This document shows, one piece after another, positions 63,898 through 64,000 of a stretch of 64,000 nt of DNA. Below the pieces are notes generated by a model, which was not told where the DNA came from, ran no database searches, and saw nothing but the letters and a program-made list of their open reading frames with translations. The DNA lies in contig CAZPLO010000005.1 of NCBI GenBank assembly GCA_964587725.1, forward strand, positions 20,774-84,773, read 5' to 3'. The translations under genes were made by a program, and so were the position numbers. Origin of the DNA: an uncultured archaeon (GTDB lineage: Archaea; Altiarchaeota; Altiarchaeia; IMC4; SCGC-AAA252-I15). Position 1 is the stretch's first letter. Each line of letters opens with the position of its first letter.

Positions 63898-64000
63898 TTA
63901 TTCGTAGTCGCCTCCCGGAGTCGTCCAACTCTCCGACCCTGTCCGCGCAGTCCACGTGACCGCCGACTCATCCCACAGGGACGTCACATTATACATTGAG
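63898..64000 (-). CDS. 3' end of a gene terminating within a DNRLRE-like domain (partial)
   Basis: Manual translation ...MYNVTSLWDESAVTWTARTGSESWTTPGGDYE*. Confidence 0.6.
   Translation of the reverse strand, partial: SMYNVTSLWDESAVTWTARTGSESWTTPGGDYE

Overview
A GC-rich archaeal chromosomal window. The archaeal signal comes from aIF5A, a GHMP-type shikimate kinase, a Sec11-type signal peptidase, a class III signal-peptide pilin and TATA boxes about 25 nt before start codons. An Altiarchaeota/DPANN-like lineage is my inference and is unverified. Housekeeping genes include pyrG, an argD-like aminotransferase, a Rad50-like ATPase, tyrA, ppdK/pyk and dCMP deaminase. They surround a complete, AT-richer type I-B CRISPR-Cas locus (cas6-8b1-7-5-3-4-1-2) whose array has 37 perfect 30-bp repeats and one internally deleted repeat. 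A toxin-antitoxin (TA) rich accessory stretch follows at 26-34 kb. Most notable observations: (1) three roughly 0.5-0.6 kb integrase-less TA mini-cassettes, each bounded by an imperfect 28-45 bp direct repeat duplicating one end of a neighbouring host gene; (2) a 55-64 kb operon of pilin/WxL-like subunits, three chaperone/DUF916-like membrane-anchored proteins and a KaiC pair, with a perfect 333-bp repeat and a split DNRLRE-like domain; (3) an unannotated, roughly 119-nt structured RNA with its own TATA box, palindromic operator and oligo-T end; (4) a terminal spacer-like unit whose first 11 nt match the DNA upstream of the cas operon. All family assignments come from reading motifs by eye; no database searches were run.
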